A DNA stretch of 64,000 bases from Lophium mytilinum (Eukaryota), in the NCBI GenBank assembly GCA_010093605.1, contig MU004189.1, positions 255,834 to 319,833 on the forward strand, given 5' to 3'. Positions within the stretch are counted from its first letter, which is position 1, and each line of letters starts with the position of its first letter. A model generated the notes under the pieces. The model had not been told where the DNA came from. It searched no databases and was given only the letters and a program-made list of their open reading frames with translations. Positions 1 through 12,578 of this stretch are shown here, in pieces. Made by a program: the position numbers and the translations under genes.

Positions 1-1514
1 TGCAGCGAGCGAGACTGACATGCACCCAAGCAGAAGGCACCACGACACCACCATTTCGGTGGGAAGGTGTTACAACCCCACCAATTCCATCGTCGTCCCC
101 CTGCTTCGCACCCGACTCGATGGACATCTCGCCTCTCCCCCACAAGGCGCCCTTCTCGTTCGTCAGTGATCTGAGCATTCCATCGCCCACCCCGGAGTCG
201 AGAAACGATTGCGAGGACATGCTGTCGCCATGCACACTTCCACCAGCGAACCCTCTCCTGGAGGTCCCTAGGCCTGTGTCTGCTGCAGAGTATGTTGGTT
301 GAACCTGCTGTTGTAGACGAGTACTGATCTTTCATAGTCGTAGGAAGTCGGCCCTGCTCCGACCTTCCCTTTCACGTACCAAGAACTGGTCTACCAACAC
401 AGTATCCCTCAAGACAAAGGAGAACCCATGTCCACCTTTCAGATTCGGGTTGGGACAGAGCGGGCTATCGAATTCGTCGACACCCACGCTTGACGAGTGC
501 TTCGCTGCCTCTCCACCACAGGACCGGAAGATGTTCGGAGGTCCCCTCATGGGCGCCCCAAAGCCCAAGCAGCCTTTCACCCTCAATCCTAGCTTCGGTC
601 GTGGGAATGGCTCGCCGTTGAGTGCACACATCCGAAAGCCTGCTGGAGTTCCTTCCCGGCGCCCCAGCAAGTTCAGGAGATCTCTCAGCATGTACGAAAA
701 CCCCGGGGATATCATGAACCAAGACAAGGAGAGCTATTCTTCTACTACGCTCAACCCTGTGATGGATGTGTGTGATGACACGCCGGCTCTTCGGCTACCT
801 CATTTCGTACCTGCGAACGAACCCGACAGCATCCCGCGTATATCTGATACCACATTAATCAGCGTTCTTGACGGCGAATTCAATCATGTCTACGACAAGA
901 CGGTCATTGTGGACTGCCGTTTTGAATATGAATACAAAGGTGGCCACATCGACGGGGCTATTAACTTCTGCGAAAAGGAGCAGCTTGCCGAGGAACTCTT
1001 CAACCAAGTCTCACCACCCAACACACTACTAATTTTCCACTGCGAGTACTCCGCGCACCGCGCACCCCTAATGTAAGTTCTTCATACCTACTTGTTGATG
1101 ACTCATCTAACCCATCGCAGGGCCAAAGCTATCCGTGGCAGAGATCGTGAAGTCAACATTGAAAGCTACCCTCGTCTTACCTATCCCGAGGTATACATTC
1201 TCCAGGGTGGCTACAGTTCTTTCTACGAATCGCACCGGCCCCGCTGCATAGGGGACTACTTGCGAATGGACGCCAAGGAGCATGAAAGCGCTTGCGAGCG
1301 CGGTATGAACAAACTCCGCCAGCGTACAAAACTAAACCGGGCCCAAACATTTGCATTTGGTCAGCAACAGTTTGGCCAGCAGTCCTGTCAGATGGAAGAC
1401 AGTCCCACTGCGCACAGCAGATCTAAAACCGGCGGTATCCTTCCGATGGGAATGGAGTCCGATAATTGCTTTAATCCTGGACGATACGGCACTCGTCGAA
1501 TGGCCTCGTATTAG
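1..1514 (+). CDS. cdc25: M-phase inducer phosphatase Cdc25/NimT (5' part lies outside the window)
   Basis: Rhodanese-fold motifs IVDCRFEYEYKGGHI and catalytic HCEYSAHRAP, then YPEVYILQGGYSSF. GT-AG introns at ~290-337 and 1073-1120; stop TAG at 1512-1514. Confidence 0.95.
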
Positions 1515-2723
1515 GTCGACGAGACCAATGACCGAACACAATGCTTATGGCGAACGGATTTACGGAGTTATTGATGGACCACTTTTCCCTGATTTCAGCA
1601 TTACGGCGTTGCGAGCAGATTCCGGTCCTATCCTTGCGGCGTTCAAGCGGCGACCTTTTGCTATTGCTCGTGGAGAGCTACTCTTGGCTTCTTGGTCTGC
1701 TTCCGGAGAAGTACTCAATTGCTCCTGGTCCTGCGATCGATACCTCCGGGACAAAACTTGGAGTCTTGTTCTACTTCTTAGCTCTTTAGAGCTCCTTTTT
1801 TTGCATCACATTACTCGCGGGAACTGTACCTCTCCAGGCACTTTGTCCAGGAGGTCGGTACTGTTGGCGCAGCTGTTGCCTGCTGCTTCGCGATCTTCAG
1901 ATTTCCTTTGTTTCTTCCTCGTCGACATTACTCCTATGATCATCACAAACATCAGCACTGCTCTCATGACGCATGTTGCAACACTGCACGCTCATGACGA
2001 ACTACTTCTCCGGCCTCTGCGCCCCACCCAGTTCACACAAACGGTACACACTCCGCCTACCTTTCTCATCCTGTCTCGAGAAGCTTTCTACACAATTCGC
2101 CCGGCTCTTTATCTACCTCACCGCGTTCCTATTGCAAACAGATACCCTTCAAACCCCCCAAAACCCCCCCTTTTATACCAACCCCCTCTTCTTGGCATGT
2201 TTCTTCACAGGCCATCCAAAAAGGACGGACTACCCACTTTTTCTGCTGCTTTCCACTTTCCATGGTTCCTGTTGTACTTATCTGCTGTCTTGTTCTTGCC
2301 GGACGGGGAGGGCGTGTAGATGCTACAACGGCTGTATATACCGCGTGGAGGAAGGCTCGGAGATTGGGGAGCCCTTTTCTTCCTGCCGCTGTGGAGAGAG
2401 AAGAGTGATGGTGGTGGTAGGCGAGGATGCCTCGTCGTTGTAATGGGTGGAGTGGGGGTTGGTGACATGATGGTGATCTGGTTGTTTCGTCGTTAGAGCT
2501 GAATTGGAAGATGTTACAAATGAGTTGAGGTGTCTATGGATGACGTGATTGGTTTTGGTGAACATGTGAATTGCATTCAGATGCTGGGTGCTTATTTACC
2601 CACTCATGGGACGGTCATCTCACGGTCACAGCCATGCGATGGGTAGCGTCTCTTCATCTAAGATTCGGTTTGTTCAAGGGCCTTACTGTCCATGCACTAA
2701 TCCTTTCCGGCTCCTTTTTCATA

Positions 2724-2884
2724 CATTACTCCCATTACTCCCATTACTCCCATTACTCCCATTACTCCCATTACTCCCATTACTCCCATTACTCCCATTA
2801 CTCCCATTACTCCCATTACTCCCGTTACTCCCATTACTCCCATTACTCCCATTACTCCCATTACTCCCATTACTCCCATTACTC
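2724..2884. repeat. 9-bp tandem repeat (CATTACTCC) x ~18
   Basis: Directly visible near-perfect array with one variant unit (CGTTACTCC) near 2823. Confidence 0.97.
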
Positions 2885-3006
2885 ATCCTACACCTCCCCT
2901 TCCTTGCACTCAGCCACCGCCTAGTGGCCTTATCTCGAACCATCAGACCCCATCCCAACTCCTGCCCGCCTTCATTAGAAATAGAACCCACGCAGCGTAC
3001 CCCGCC

Positions 3007-3612
3007 GCATCTATGAAAACCTGATCCCCACGGTTAGGTCTAGGACTCTTTCCAGCATAAGCGGCGGGAGTGTCAAACAAGCAGACACGCCGCGTAGGCA
3101 CTTTACGTCTATAAAAACCTTGCTCCGCGCCGTCAGATCTGGGAGTATTTGCAGCTCAAGGGGCGAGAGTGTGGAGGAGTGGTATATAGGCACCTTATTA
3201 CGCGTGGGGTATGCGGCGTTTATAAGGGTTGGATTTATGCGGTTGGATTGGTGATGATTTGTAGTATAAGGGGCGGGAGTGTCTACTAAGGATATATGGT
3301 GTAGTACGCCGCGTAGCATGCTACGTCTATGACTCGATTCACACGGTTAGATTAGTAATTTCTTGTAACATTAGACGCGGAAGTGCACACGTCAAGCAAA
3401 TACCCCGTAGCGCCTAGCGTGGACACTGCGTCTTGGAGAATTTGACTCACGCGGTTAGATTCGTGATTCTTTGCAACTTATGGAGCGAGAGCGTGTAGAA
3501 GTAGTTACTATATACATCCAGTGTGGTACACTTTGTGGCACGCTGCGTCTATGAATATCGGATTCACGAGGTTGGATGTGGTGCTCTCTGCAACTCGACG
3601 AGCGGAAGCGGG
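3007..3612. repeat. Repeat family A: six diverged tandem units of ~98-117 bp
   Basis: Units start at 3007, 3105, 3216, 3323, 3428 and 3545. Each has RCGTCT-N12-16-ACGCGGTTAGAT-like boxes followed by TTGCA and GCGRRAGYG boxes at fixed distance. Confidence 0.8.
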
Positions 3613-4154
3613 GAGGAGGACACGCTGTGTGAGCCCCTACGCAGCTGCGCTGCCGTAGCCCTCGACGTGCAAGAGCTGGGGGAGATGCAGATGCGTCTCT
3701 CCGCACCTATTCCCGGCCTGGAGGAGTGGGAGGTGGCGGTGGTATTGAGACTGGTACTTGTGGTAGACTATATGTTTGACTTCGAACCATTCCCTTGGTC
3801 TAGCTTACTTCGGCATCCTGTAATCAGGCTATACTAGGTGCCGTAGAGTCTATTTTAGGCGGAGGCGGAGGGGGTATGGATGTTCGTCGACGAATTCCTT
3901 GTCTTGGAGGATGGGTGCCAGGGCCTAGTCGAGGAGGTGACGAAGTTGGGGCTTCTCGTGGATCAGGTTCAGCTTCTTGTTGTGAGTGTGATGAAGCTCG
4001 AGGCTCACGAGGAGGGGCTGGCTTCTCAGGCAGCGGAAGTGGCGGTGGCGGTGGTGTATTTCCAGACCGAACGTATGTGAATTCGTCGGTTTCACCACTA
4101 TAGTGAGTGGTAGGCTGTCAGCGAAAGCACGTCAAGATTCAGGAATTGTACTTA

Positions 4155-5039
4155 CTAGTCAAAGTGGTTTACAGTGGTCACGCGACGCACTAACTCCATA
4201 AGCCATTTCTCTTCCTCTGTTATACCAAGCTGCTCTGTGACTAGCTGCTTCAATGGCTCCGCGTATTCAGGATCATAAGGGTTGAGAAACGACAAGGTAA
4301 GTGGCTCAAAGAACCTTGGGAATAAGCCCGCGCAACCAAAGTCGACTACACATATCGATCTGTCCTCGAGCATGATCATGTTCCGACGGCAGAGGTCCAA
4401 GTGGCAAAATACAAGGGCTTGGGATGTAAGGTCTATGTTCGTAGATAAACCATGCTCGAGAACGCGGTTCCGTTCTTCTTCAGTTTTGGATAGTCTTAGA
4501 CGTTTTTCTTCTATCTGACGGCGCACTTCAAGTCTCTTGTTTAACCAGGTATTCATGTCTTCGATGCACGTGAACACAGTGCGAGTGCCATCTATGCCCC
4601 AGAGATAGCCGTGTAGCTTACCACCACCAATGGGCCCTGGGACCTGGCCGCCAGATATGGTTCCAAAGTGAGTGATGATACTGGCCACGCGTGGTATGAT
4701 GTCGGTGTGCACGGTGAGGTCAAGGTCGTCCAAAGTCCAGCCGCGGAAGTACTCCATGAAAATATATCCGATCGGAACTGTGCCTGACGTATCCGTGAAG
4801 AAGCGGTACACTTCGGGAGTGCGAACTATGCTCTGGTTGATATGCTGGTGCGCGAACTCAAGCGTGGCAAACTCCTGTGCAGTCACTCCGAATCCATATT
4901 TGACTGCTATTTTCTCAGATATTCTGACTACTACCGTGCCTTCTTCAAGGCCGCCGGCGAGATTGTCGGCTCTCATGCGTTGGACGTAGTCCTTGAGCCG
5001 CTCCTCGCTGGTTGTGCGGACTTCCCATATCATTGCCAT
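4155..5039 (-). CDS. Aminoglycoside phosphotransferase (APH)/choline kinase-like protein, intronless
   Basis: IAVKYG, YIFMEY, Brenner-type FCHLDLCRRNMI and VVDFGCAG motifs. Likely start is MAMIWE at 5039. Confidence 0.85.
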   Translation of the reverse strand: MAMIWEVRTTSEERLKDYVQRMRADNLAGGLEEGTVVVRISEKIAVKYGFGVTAQEFATLEFAHQHINQSIVRTPEVYRFFTDTSGTVPIGYIFMEYFRGWTLDDLDLTVHTDIIPRVASIITHFGTISGGQVPGPIGGGKLHGYLWGIDGTRTVFTCIEDMNTWLNKRLEVRRQIEEKRLRLSKTEEERNRVLEHGLSTNIDLTSQALVFCHLDLCRRNMIMLEDRSICVVDFGCAGLFPRFFEPLTLSFLNPYDPEYAEPLKQLVTEQLGITEEEKWLMELVRRVTTVNHFD

Positions 5040-5715
5040 TGACGGCTCAAAGACTGTGCGGTGCGGGTGAATTAAAGGAGTGGGTGATGTTCTTGTGAGT
5101 GGCAGAAGGAATGAACAGCGATATACTGAAGTACGACAGCTTGAGAGAGCTCTTGAGGAGTATGCTGTAGCTACATGGAAGTTTCTTAGAAGCCGTTCAT
5201 TGGAGCGAACAAAGAGGCTGATTGAAAGAGGAAGGCTAACATTGAAGGCCTCGATGCGGTGTAGGAAGGAAGACAAGAGGGCTGTAAGAGAAATTCCGAT
5301 AATGTGTTGTTTGAGTGTATCTGTGGTAGATATTAAGAATGTAGCGTAAGTAGAGCCCAGCACCAGCTCTTTCTCCTTCACAGTGATGAAAATCGTGGTG
5401 TTGCATTTGCTTTGACGGGAGTGCGGTTCAAGCCCTCTTTCTTCTTCGCCAGATCTCGAGACTTGGAATCAGCCTCGCAGAACACTTTTCAACTCCTCTA
5501 GATAAACTATCAGGAAGCCCTTCACCGTCGTTTCATGCACTCCACAAGTTGCATCAACAGACGTGAAGTCAGACGGCACTAACGCCCGCTCCCGTTCACC
5601 CCTCAGCCCCACACCTGCGATCTGCCCCACTCACCTTAATTTCACTCACCACCACCGCACCCCACGCGCCCAATCCGTTTTCCCAGCGCACACATGACGC
5701 GCCTAAAACACGACC

Positions 5716-6511
5716 ATGGATATCGATGATATCCTCGCCGAAGCCCTGCACGTCTCCGCGCCCCAGGAAACCCTCGACCTCCAGGAACTGACCCGCGCAT
5801 GGGTCGCCGAGCGCGTCGCGCCGGAGCTTTTGCCGTACCCGGACGCATTGATGGAGAGGGTGTTAGGGCGGATTAGGAGGCAGGTGGGTTACCCAATTGC
5901 TCTGGAGCAGTGGAAGAAGTTTGGACGCTGAGCAGGGCTAACGCGTGTATTTGGGTAGATTGAGACTGTGGAAGAGCAGACGGGAAATATGGACCCGAAG
6001 ACGAACTTCAAGCTTATTGTGATCCAGACGGAGTTGGAGAGGTTCAAGTTTCTTGTGCGGTCGTTTTTGAGGGCGAGGGTCGCGAAGGTGAGGAAGTCGC
6101 TCATCTTTCCTATGGATTCGCGTCCTTTGGTAATACATAGCTAACATAGTGGTGTCTTAGATTGATAAATACCCTCTCCATGTACAACAGAATTCCGCCG
6201 AATACCTGTCCTTGAGCGAATCGAAATATCTCACGGCACACCAGAATCTACTCGCCTCGCATTACCAGTCTTCCTTCCTTTCGCAGTTTCCGAATTCGTT
6301 GCAGAAGCTGGATGATACGCAGGGCGGGATTAGCATGATCGACGCACCGGATCCGGACACGGCGGTCTTCTGCAGGGCATTAAGGGATGTCGGGGAAATC
6401 AATGTTGTGGGGACTGGGAGAGCGTTCGTAATGAAGAGGGGCGATGTTAGAGTTGTAAGATGGAGTGCTATTAAGGAAAAGGTCTTGGCTGGAGACATTG
6501 AGTTGGTGTGA
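5716..6511 (+). CDS. SLD5: GINS complex subunit Sld5
   Basis: MDIDDILAE...[41 protein letters not shown]-terminal [19 protein letters not shown]. Introns 5884-5958 and 6088-6160. Confidence 0.93.
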
Positions 6512-6685
6512 TTGTGGGCATTGCATGGAGTTTGGAGCAATTGGGGGGCAATGGGACAAGATCTTATGAAGCCATGAGACTGTTCGAAATCCATAATCTC
6601 GTTTTGGAAGTACAGTGCCAGCCGTATCCACCCAAACGCCCGAGACACATGCAAAAGACAGCGGACCCAAGACCTGGAGAGACAC

Positions 6686-7991
6686 TTAGTGGCCTTGTAT
6701 CCAACCGAGCATCTGTCCAAACGCTTGTGTTTGAGACTTCTTGATGTTCGGGTCTTCGTAGTCGCCTAGGACAGCGAAACCATGGGGCACACCTGAGAAT
6801 ACTTGGATCTCGTGCTCGATGCTGTTCTTCTCGAGGCCCTTCCGCCCTTCCTCCAGCACATCCTCGGGGAATAAGGGATCGTCCTTGACGCAAGCCATGT
6901 AGAGCGGTACTTTGACCGCCTCAATCTCCTCTTGCGCGACCATAGTACCTGCTCATGTAAGTGAACGAAGTCGAGAGCTAGGGATAGCCTTACCGTGAGC
7001 AATTGCACCAGCCTTGATGACTGGGGCATTTTTAACTACCCCTTGTTCCTCGTCTCCGGGCGCAGCCTGGCCCCATGCCACAGTATCGGGGTGCTCTCCG
7101 GCCAGTATCACAATATACTTCGCCCCGAAGCAGTACCCGACACCGTATATGCCACCACCGTTCGCAACGGCATCTGCGAACTCCTCTTTGGCTCCTTCAA
7201 TGACCTTGTGTAGGATCGGTAGAACCTTCTCGGGGGTGTGTCGGGCCAGCCACATATCGATCAGGAAAGACTTCGCGGTCTCGCCTACACGGAGCTTGAT
7301 TTGTTCGATGACGGAAGGATGCTTGTCATGGGCGCTCTGGTCAACGCTATTCGGGGCTGGGTCACCTCCAAATCTACGAAAAGTCAATTGACTTTGACGA
7401 GATTGAGGAGTTCAGAGGACTGACTGATCAGGCATAACCACCAAGAATCCCTCAGATGCGTATTTGTCTGCCTGTAGTTGATTGTTCGCAGACTTAACGC
7501 CGGTTCCGCCGGTCAATAGGAGTAGGAGCTTCGAGGGCGAATGAGGATAATCGGCGGGCTTGGAGATGTAGACCTGAGAAGCCGTTAAAAACTAATAGCT
7601 TTTGGGGACCTATCATGTTCTTACATCTACGCCTCCAAGCTTGGATATTTCCTACGACACATGAGCTTTAGAATATTGTTCCGAGCTTCTTTGAGGAATC
7701 TTAGGAGGAACCAACGCCAGTGGGGACCTCGCCCGAAGCTACATCGCTGTTAACAGACGTTCAGGATATTGGCTCATAATGCGTACGGGTTGGTCTGTCT
7801 GTTGTGCAGTGTTCCTATCCATCGTTAGCTATTCGTCCATATGTGACGTCTGGCGTGAGCAGTCTTACGCCCATGCTGGCCCCCGCTTGAGCTCTCGTGT
7901 CGCCAGGAAAGAGGCTCTGTTCTGCGCCTTCAGCGGCAGTAGGTTGCGCATCGCTCTCCGGAGCTCTGGTAGCAACTTCGTCGTCGGCCAT
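6686..7991 (-). CDS. Dienelactone hydrolase family alpha/beta hydrolase (multi-exon)
   Basis: Nucleophile elbow GVGYCFGA, EDD-like KDDPLF and catalytic His in VPHGFAV. Several short GT-AG introns; internal exon boundaries are approximate. Confidence 0.88.
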
Positions 7992-8413
7992 GGTGAGTGC
8001 GGGTGATGTTCGTGGTGCGAGAGTTGTTTCACTGTTCGAGCACCGCACCCCTTGCCCCGCCATCCTTCCAATGGCGGGGTTTCGAAAGTGGCAGTTGCAC
8101 CTCCAACGTCCTTTCTATGTGAACAGACAGCCAATAGTTAGCGTGTAAAATACTGCCCGCTGTCTCATTCAATTCAAGCCATCTCTAAGTCCCACCAAAC
8201 ACGAGTTTCTATCTGGAGGTAGTCGGTCTGGACATTCAAGGGTATGTAAAACTGCTGGTAATTGACATCACGTGATTGGGACACGAACCACAAATCCGAA
8301 GTCGCGTCGCGTCAATCCACCATTTCTCTCCCGCCACAACCTCCACATCTTGCTCCAGCATTCACGCCCTCACCTCACCTCTCTGAGATACAACGCCCAA
8401 AAGTCTTGCAATC

Positions 8414-10528
8414 ATGGCCGAAGCAGCAATCAGCCAGGGTTCGCTCAGGTAAGGCTTTCAGATTGCCACATCAGGCTGCCCTTCTCATCATTATATACAG
8501 GGCGATCTTCGAGCGAGGCATCGAGGCAGCGCCCAGCCCGGTCATGCAATGCGTCCAGATCAAGCCGATGGATTCAAAGACTGGCGGTGAAGCCCAGAGA
8601 TACCGTGTTGTGCTGAGCGACATTCAGAACTTCATCCAGACTATGCTGGCAGCACGTTTGTACCTCATTGGCCTGATCAAAGATGAGGGGAATGCTAAAC
8701 TGCGGCAGCGCTGGCGCCCTTGGTAACCGAAGGGACGCTCAAGAAGGGCTCTATCGTGAGACTGAAGCAGTTCCAACCCCAGGCTGTCAAGGGACGACAG
8801 TAGGTATTCCCTTGCCTCTCGTTTCACTGTCGGTCTAACCCCTAGCAAGGATTCTGATACTTGTCGATGTGGAGGTGCTGGAAGAATATGGCGAGCTTGA
8901 GAAGCTCGGGATGCCAGTCCAGCTGGAGACCACCGAGCCTGTGGATCAGAAGCCACAGCCTGCAGCTATCTCCGGCAACAACTTCTACGGGAACCAAGGG
9001 AATGGCAACACCAAACCACAAGGCCGATCGTTACCATCTCATCCACAACCCAACTCCGAGCACGCTAGCTTGTATCCGATCGAAGCTCTCTCGCCATACG
9101 CGCACAAATGGACCATCAAAGCGAGGTGTACACAAAAAGGAGAGATGAAGACGTGGCAGAACAAGAACGGGATGGGCAAGCTGTTCAGTGTGAACTTGCT
9201 GGACGAATCTTCAGAGATTCGAGGGACCGCTTTCAAGGAAATCGCCGATGATCTTTACGATGTGTTCCAAGTAGGAACGGTTTACTACATCTCAAACTGC
9301 AAAGTAGTCTTTGCGAAGAAGCAGTTCTCAAACCTGCCCAACGACTACGAACTGCACTTCGAGAGGGACTCGACGGTAGAGAAGGTACAGTGACTTCATT
9401 CATTCTAACATTGGTTTGAATGACTGGCGCTAATCTCACGCAGACCGAGGACCAAGAGGGTGCTCCAAAAGTGCGCTACAATTTCACCAAAATCGGATCT
9501 CTAGACGCAGTAGAGAAGGATAGTACGATCGATACCGTTGGCGTACTCAAAAACGTCGGAGATGTGGAGGAGATCATCGGAAAAAACAGCAACAAGCCCT
9601 TCTCAAAGCGCGAGTTGACGTTGGCCGATGACACTCTCACATCTGTCAGGCTCACAATTTGGGGTAACTCAGCGATGACTTTCGATGCTCCCTTGGAGTC
9701 TGTCATTGCCTTCAAAGGGGTCAAAGTTTCCGACTTTGGTGGTCGAAGTCTGAGCTTGTTAAGCTCTGGATCCATGGACGTTGATCCCGATATCGACGAA
9801 GCGCACAAGCTCAAAGGATGGTACGATGCCGAAGGCCGACAGGGAAATTACACTAGCCACGCAGGCCTGGCGGGGAACACTGGCGGCAGAAAGCAAGAGT
9901 ACAAGACTGTCCAGCAAGTCAAGGACGAAGAGGCTGGCTTAGGCGAGGAAACTGTCTACTTCAACCTCAAGGCTTCGATTGTCTACGTAAAACAGGACAC
10001 ATTCGCCTACCCTGCCTGCTCAAACGACGTCGATGGTAGAACGTGCAACAGGAAAGTTGTTGAAGACAACCCCGGAGAATGGCGTTGCGAGAGGTGCTCC
10101 ATCGCACATCCACGTCCAGTGTACAGATACATCATGTCTGCCAACGTCAGCGACTACACTGGTCAACTCTGGTTGAGTCTGTTTGACAAAGAGGGAACGG
10201 TGGTGATGAATATGACTGCAGATCAGTTGACGGAGATGAAGGCGAGCGACGAGGACCAGGGCACCACGGTGAGCCACGACGCGTTCCTGGAAGCTACTTG
10301 CAAGACGTACGACTTCCGCGTCAGAGCAAAGATGGAAACTTTCCAAGACACTCCAAGGTAACAGCCACCCTTTTATGACACTTAACGATATCTGCTAAGG
10401 ATTTTACTAGGGTTCGGTATCAAGTGCAATTCATCAACCAACTCGACTTCAAGAGAGAGTGTGCTCGGCTCATCGAGACGCTGAAGAAATACGACATCAA
10501 GTCAGAGGATAGTCTGTTCGTCCACTAG
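8414..10528 (+). CDS. RFA1: Replication protein A large subunit (RPA70)
   Basis: YPIEALSPYAHKWTIKARC, KLFSVNLLDES, KGVKVSDFGGRSLS, zinc finger YPAC...CNRKV...WRCERC. Five introns; stop TAG at 10526-10528. Confidence 0.97.
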
Positions 10529-11397
10529 CGAACGACTACGGCACCACAACCGACTTGACACCTAGTCCCCTGCCAAAGTCCGCTTGGACATCAGCAAATC
10601 GGATATGCAGGATAGTGTCTGCACGACCCGAACGCTGATATAGCAAGCACTCCGAATCCCTCCTCCGGACTCGAGTATCCCTGAATACTTATCTCGATAT
10701 TTGTGCCGCGCCATGGCATCACGTTTGTGATTTCCTTGTCTATTTCCCTAGTTTTGAAGGGGTTATGAGCCTTTCCCCTGTTTCTTATGATTGCGGAATC
10801 ATTCCGCGCTCGGAGCTGTATGATGTTTTCACGTGGATATGGCAAGAGGAAAGTAGATATGGATGGAGTGAGACTTCGATCCTTTACTTAGCAGTCGTAA
10901 TGTGCAGCCTGCGAGCTTTGTCATCACGTCTCTCCCGATGACCCTTTTTGCCGTTGGTGACTGGCGTACAGGTGAAGCCGAGAAGCCGGTAAGCTGCTTG
11001 ATATTTAGGGCGGAATTGGCTTACTCAGGTATCAATCGTTGCACGACCACGACCTACCACAAATTGCGCTGCATAACTGGCCTCATGCTGGATTAAAGTT
11101 GAAGGAAAGCTTGCGGATCAATGCCCCGCTCCGCAATGCTCCGCAGGTGACCTTTCCCGATCTGGCACCTAGCTTGGTGGAGCTTAAACCGCGTCATACT
11201 TTATAAATATTTCACGCCCGTCAAGCTCTCCTCTCTATACTCAACATAGCAAACTCCAATCGAGATTGCTGCTCTCCTGCAAATCCATATTTCGGCCTCT
11301 AATCTGTTGTTCTTTCTCAAATCACAAGCTTCTACAACCTCAGGAAGCTGCTTTTCTGCCCCACTTGGGACCCCCAATACCCCAAACATCTCCCAAT

Positions 11398-12578
11398 ATG
11401 CCCGAAACAATGCGCGCAGTAGGCAAGTCATTCCTCCTTAAACCCATCCATCCAAACCTCCGCTCTAACCTCATCTTCCAGATATCAAAGGCGACACCGG
11501 TCCTGCCGACTCGCTTTTCATAGCCTCGATCCCCAAACCGGTCCCAACCGCCGCGGAAGCCCTCGTCAAGATCAAGGCCTTTGGACTCAATCGCATGGAC
11601 CTCTTGCAGCGAGAGGGCCACTACCCCTTGCCACCACAAGCGGGGAAGATCCTGGGCGTAGAGTTCTCAGGCGTAATTGAGGGCGTTGGGGACAGCCCAG
11701 AGAAAGGTTTCAAAGTGGGCGACGAAGTGTTCGGACTCGCATACGGAGGAGCGTATGCAGAGTACATCGCCGTCTCAACGCACATGCTCGTGCACAAGCC
11801 GAAAGAACTGAGTTGGGAGGAAAGCGCGGGCATCCCCGAGGCACGTCACGCTCCATCCTCTTCAAACTACCCTCTACGATATATCTCTGCTGTAGAACAG
11901 CATTACTCTCCCCAAACCCACCCCCCCCCCACTAACGCACCTTCTTCCTAGACCTGGATCACCGCCACCCAAGCCCTCTACCTCATCGGCTGCTACACCC
12001 CCGGCAAATCCGTCCTCTGGCACGCCGGCGCCTCCTCCGTCTCCATCGCCGGCATCCAGCTCGCCCTCGGCGACTCCCCCGCCGCCGTCTTCGCGACCGC
12101 GCGCCAGGACGCCAAATGCGAGTTCGTCACGCAAACCCTCGGCGCGACCGCCGCCTTCAACACGTCCACCCAGGACTGGCCCGCCGAGGTGCTCAAAGCG
12201 ACCGGCGGCAAGGGCGTCGACATCATCATCGACTTCGTCGGCGCGTCGTATTTCCAGGGCAACCTGGATGCGATCGCGCGCGACGGCGTGATTGTCACGC
12301 TTGGGGCGATGGGGGGCACGAAGCTGCCGGCGGGCACGGATATTGGGGCGTTTGTGAGGAAGAGGTGTAGGTTTGAGGGGAGTAGTTTGCGGAGTAGGGA
12401 TGAGGGGTATCAGGGGAAGCTGCGGGATACGTTGGTGGAGCATGCGTTGCCAAGGTTTGTGGATGGGCGGTTTAAGGTGTTTGTGGAGAAGGTTTTCCCG
12501 TGGGAGGAGGTGGTCGAGGCGCATAAGCTTATGGAGACGAATAAGACGATGGGGAAGATTATTTGTCGGGTGGAGTAG
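11398..12578 (+). CDS. NADPH:quinone oxidoreductase, PIG3/zeta-crystallin (MDR) family
   Basis: AFGLNRMDLLQREGHYP, ILGVEFSG, WHAGASSV, GVDIIIDFVG, KTMGKII. The frame is restored by introns 11423-11481 and 11841-11951, both with GC donors. Confidence 0.92.

Noticed and set aside
1351..2565. ORFs of 322 aa and 156 aa downstream of cdc25
   Set aside because: Non-ATG starts and no recognisable motifs; the region looks like a long 3' UTR or intergenic DNA with skewed composition.
2724..2884. Possible telomeric repeat
   Set aside because: The unit is not TTAGGG/CCCTAA, and the array is internal between genes.
2571..3016. ORFs encoding HYS/LLP/GVM/SNG repeats
   Set aside because: Artefacts of translating the 9-bp tandem repeat.
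3007..3612. CRISPR array interpretation
   Set aside because: Eukaryotic context, no cas genes, repeats too degenerate, and the inter-box segments are partly homologous to each other.
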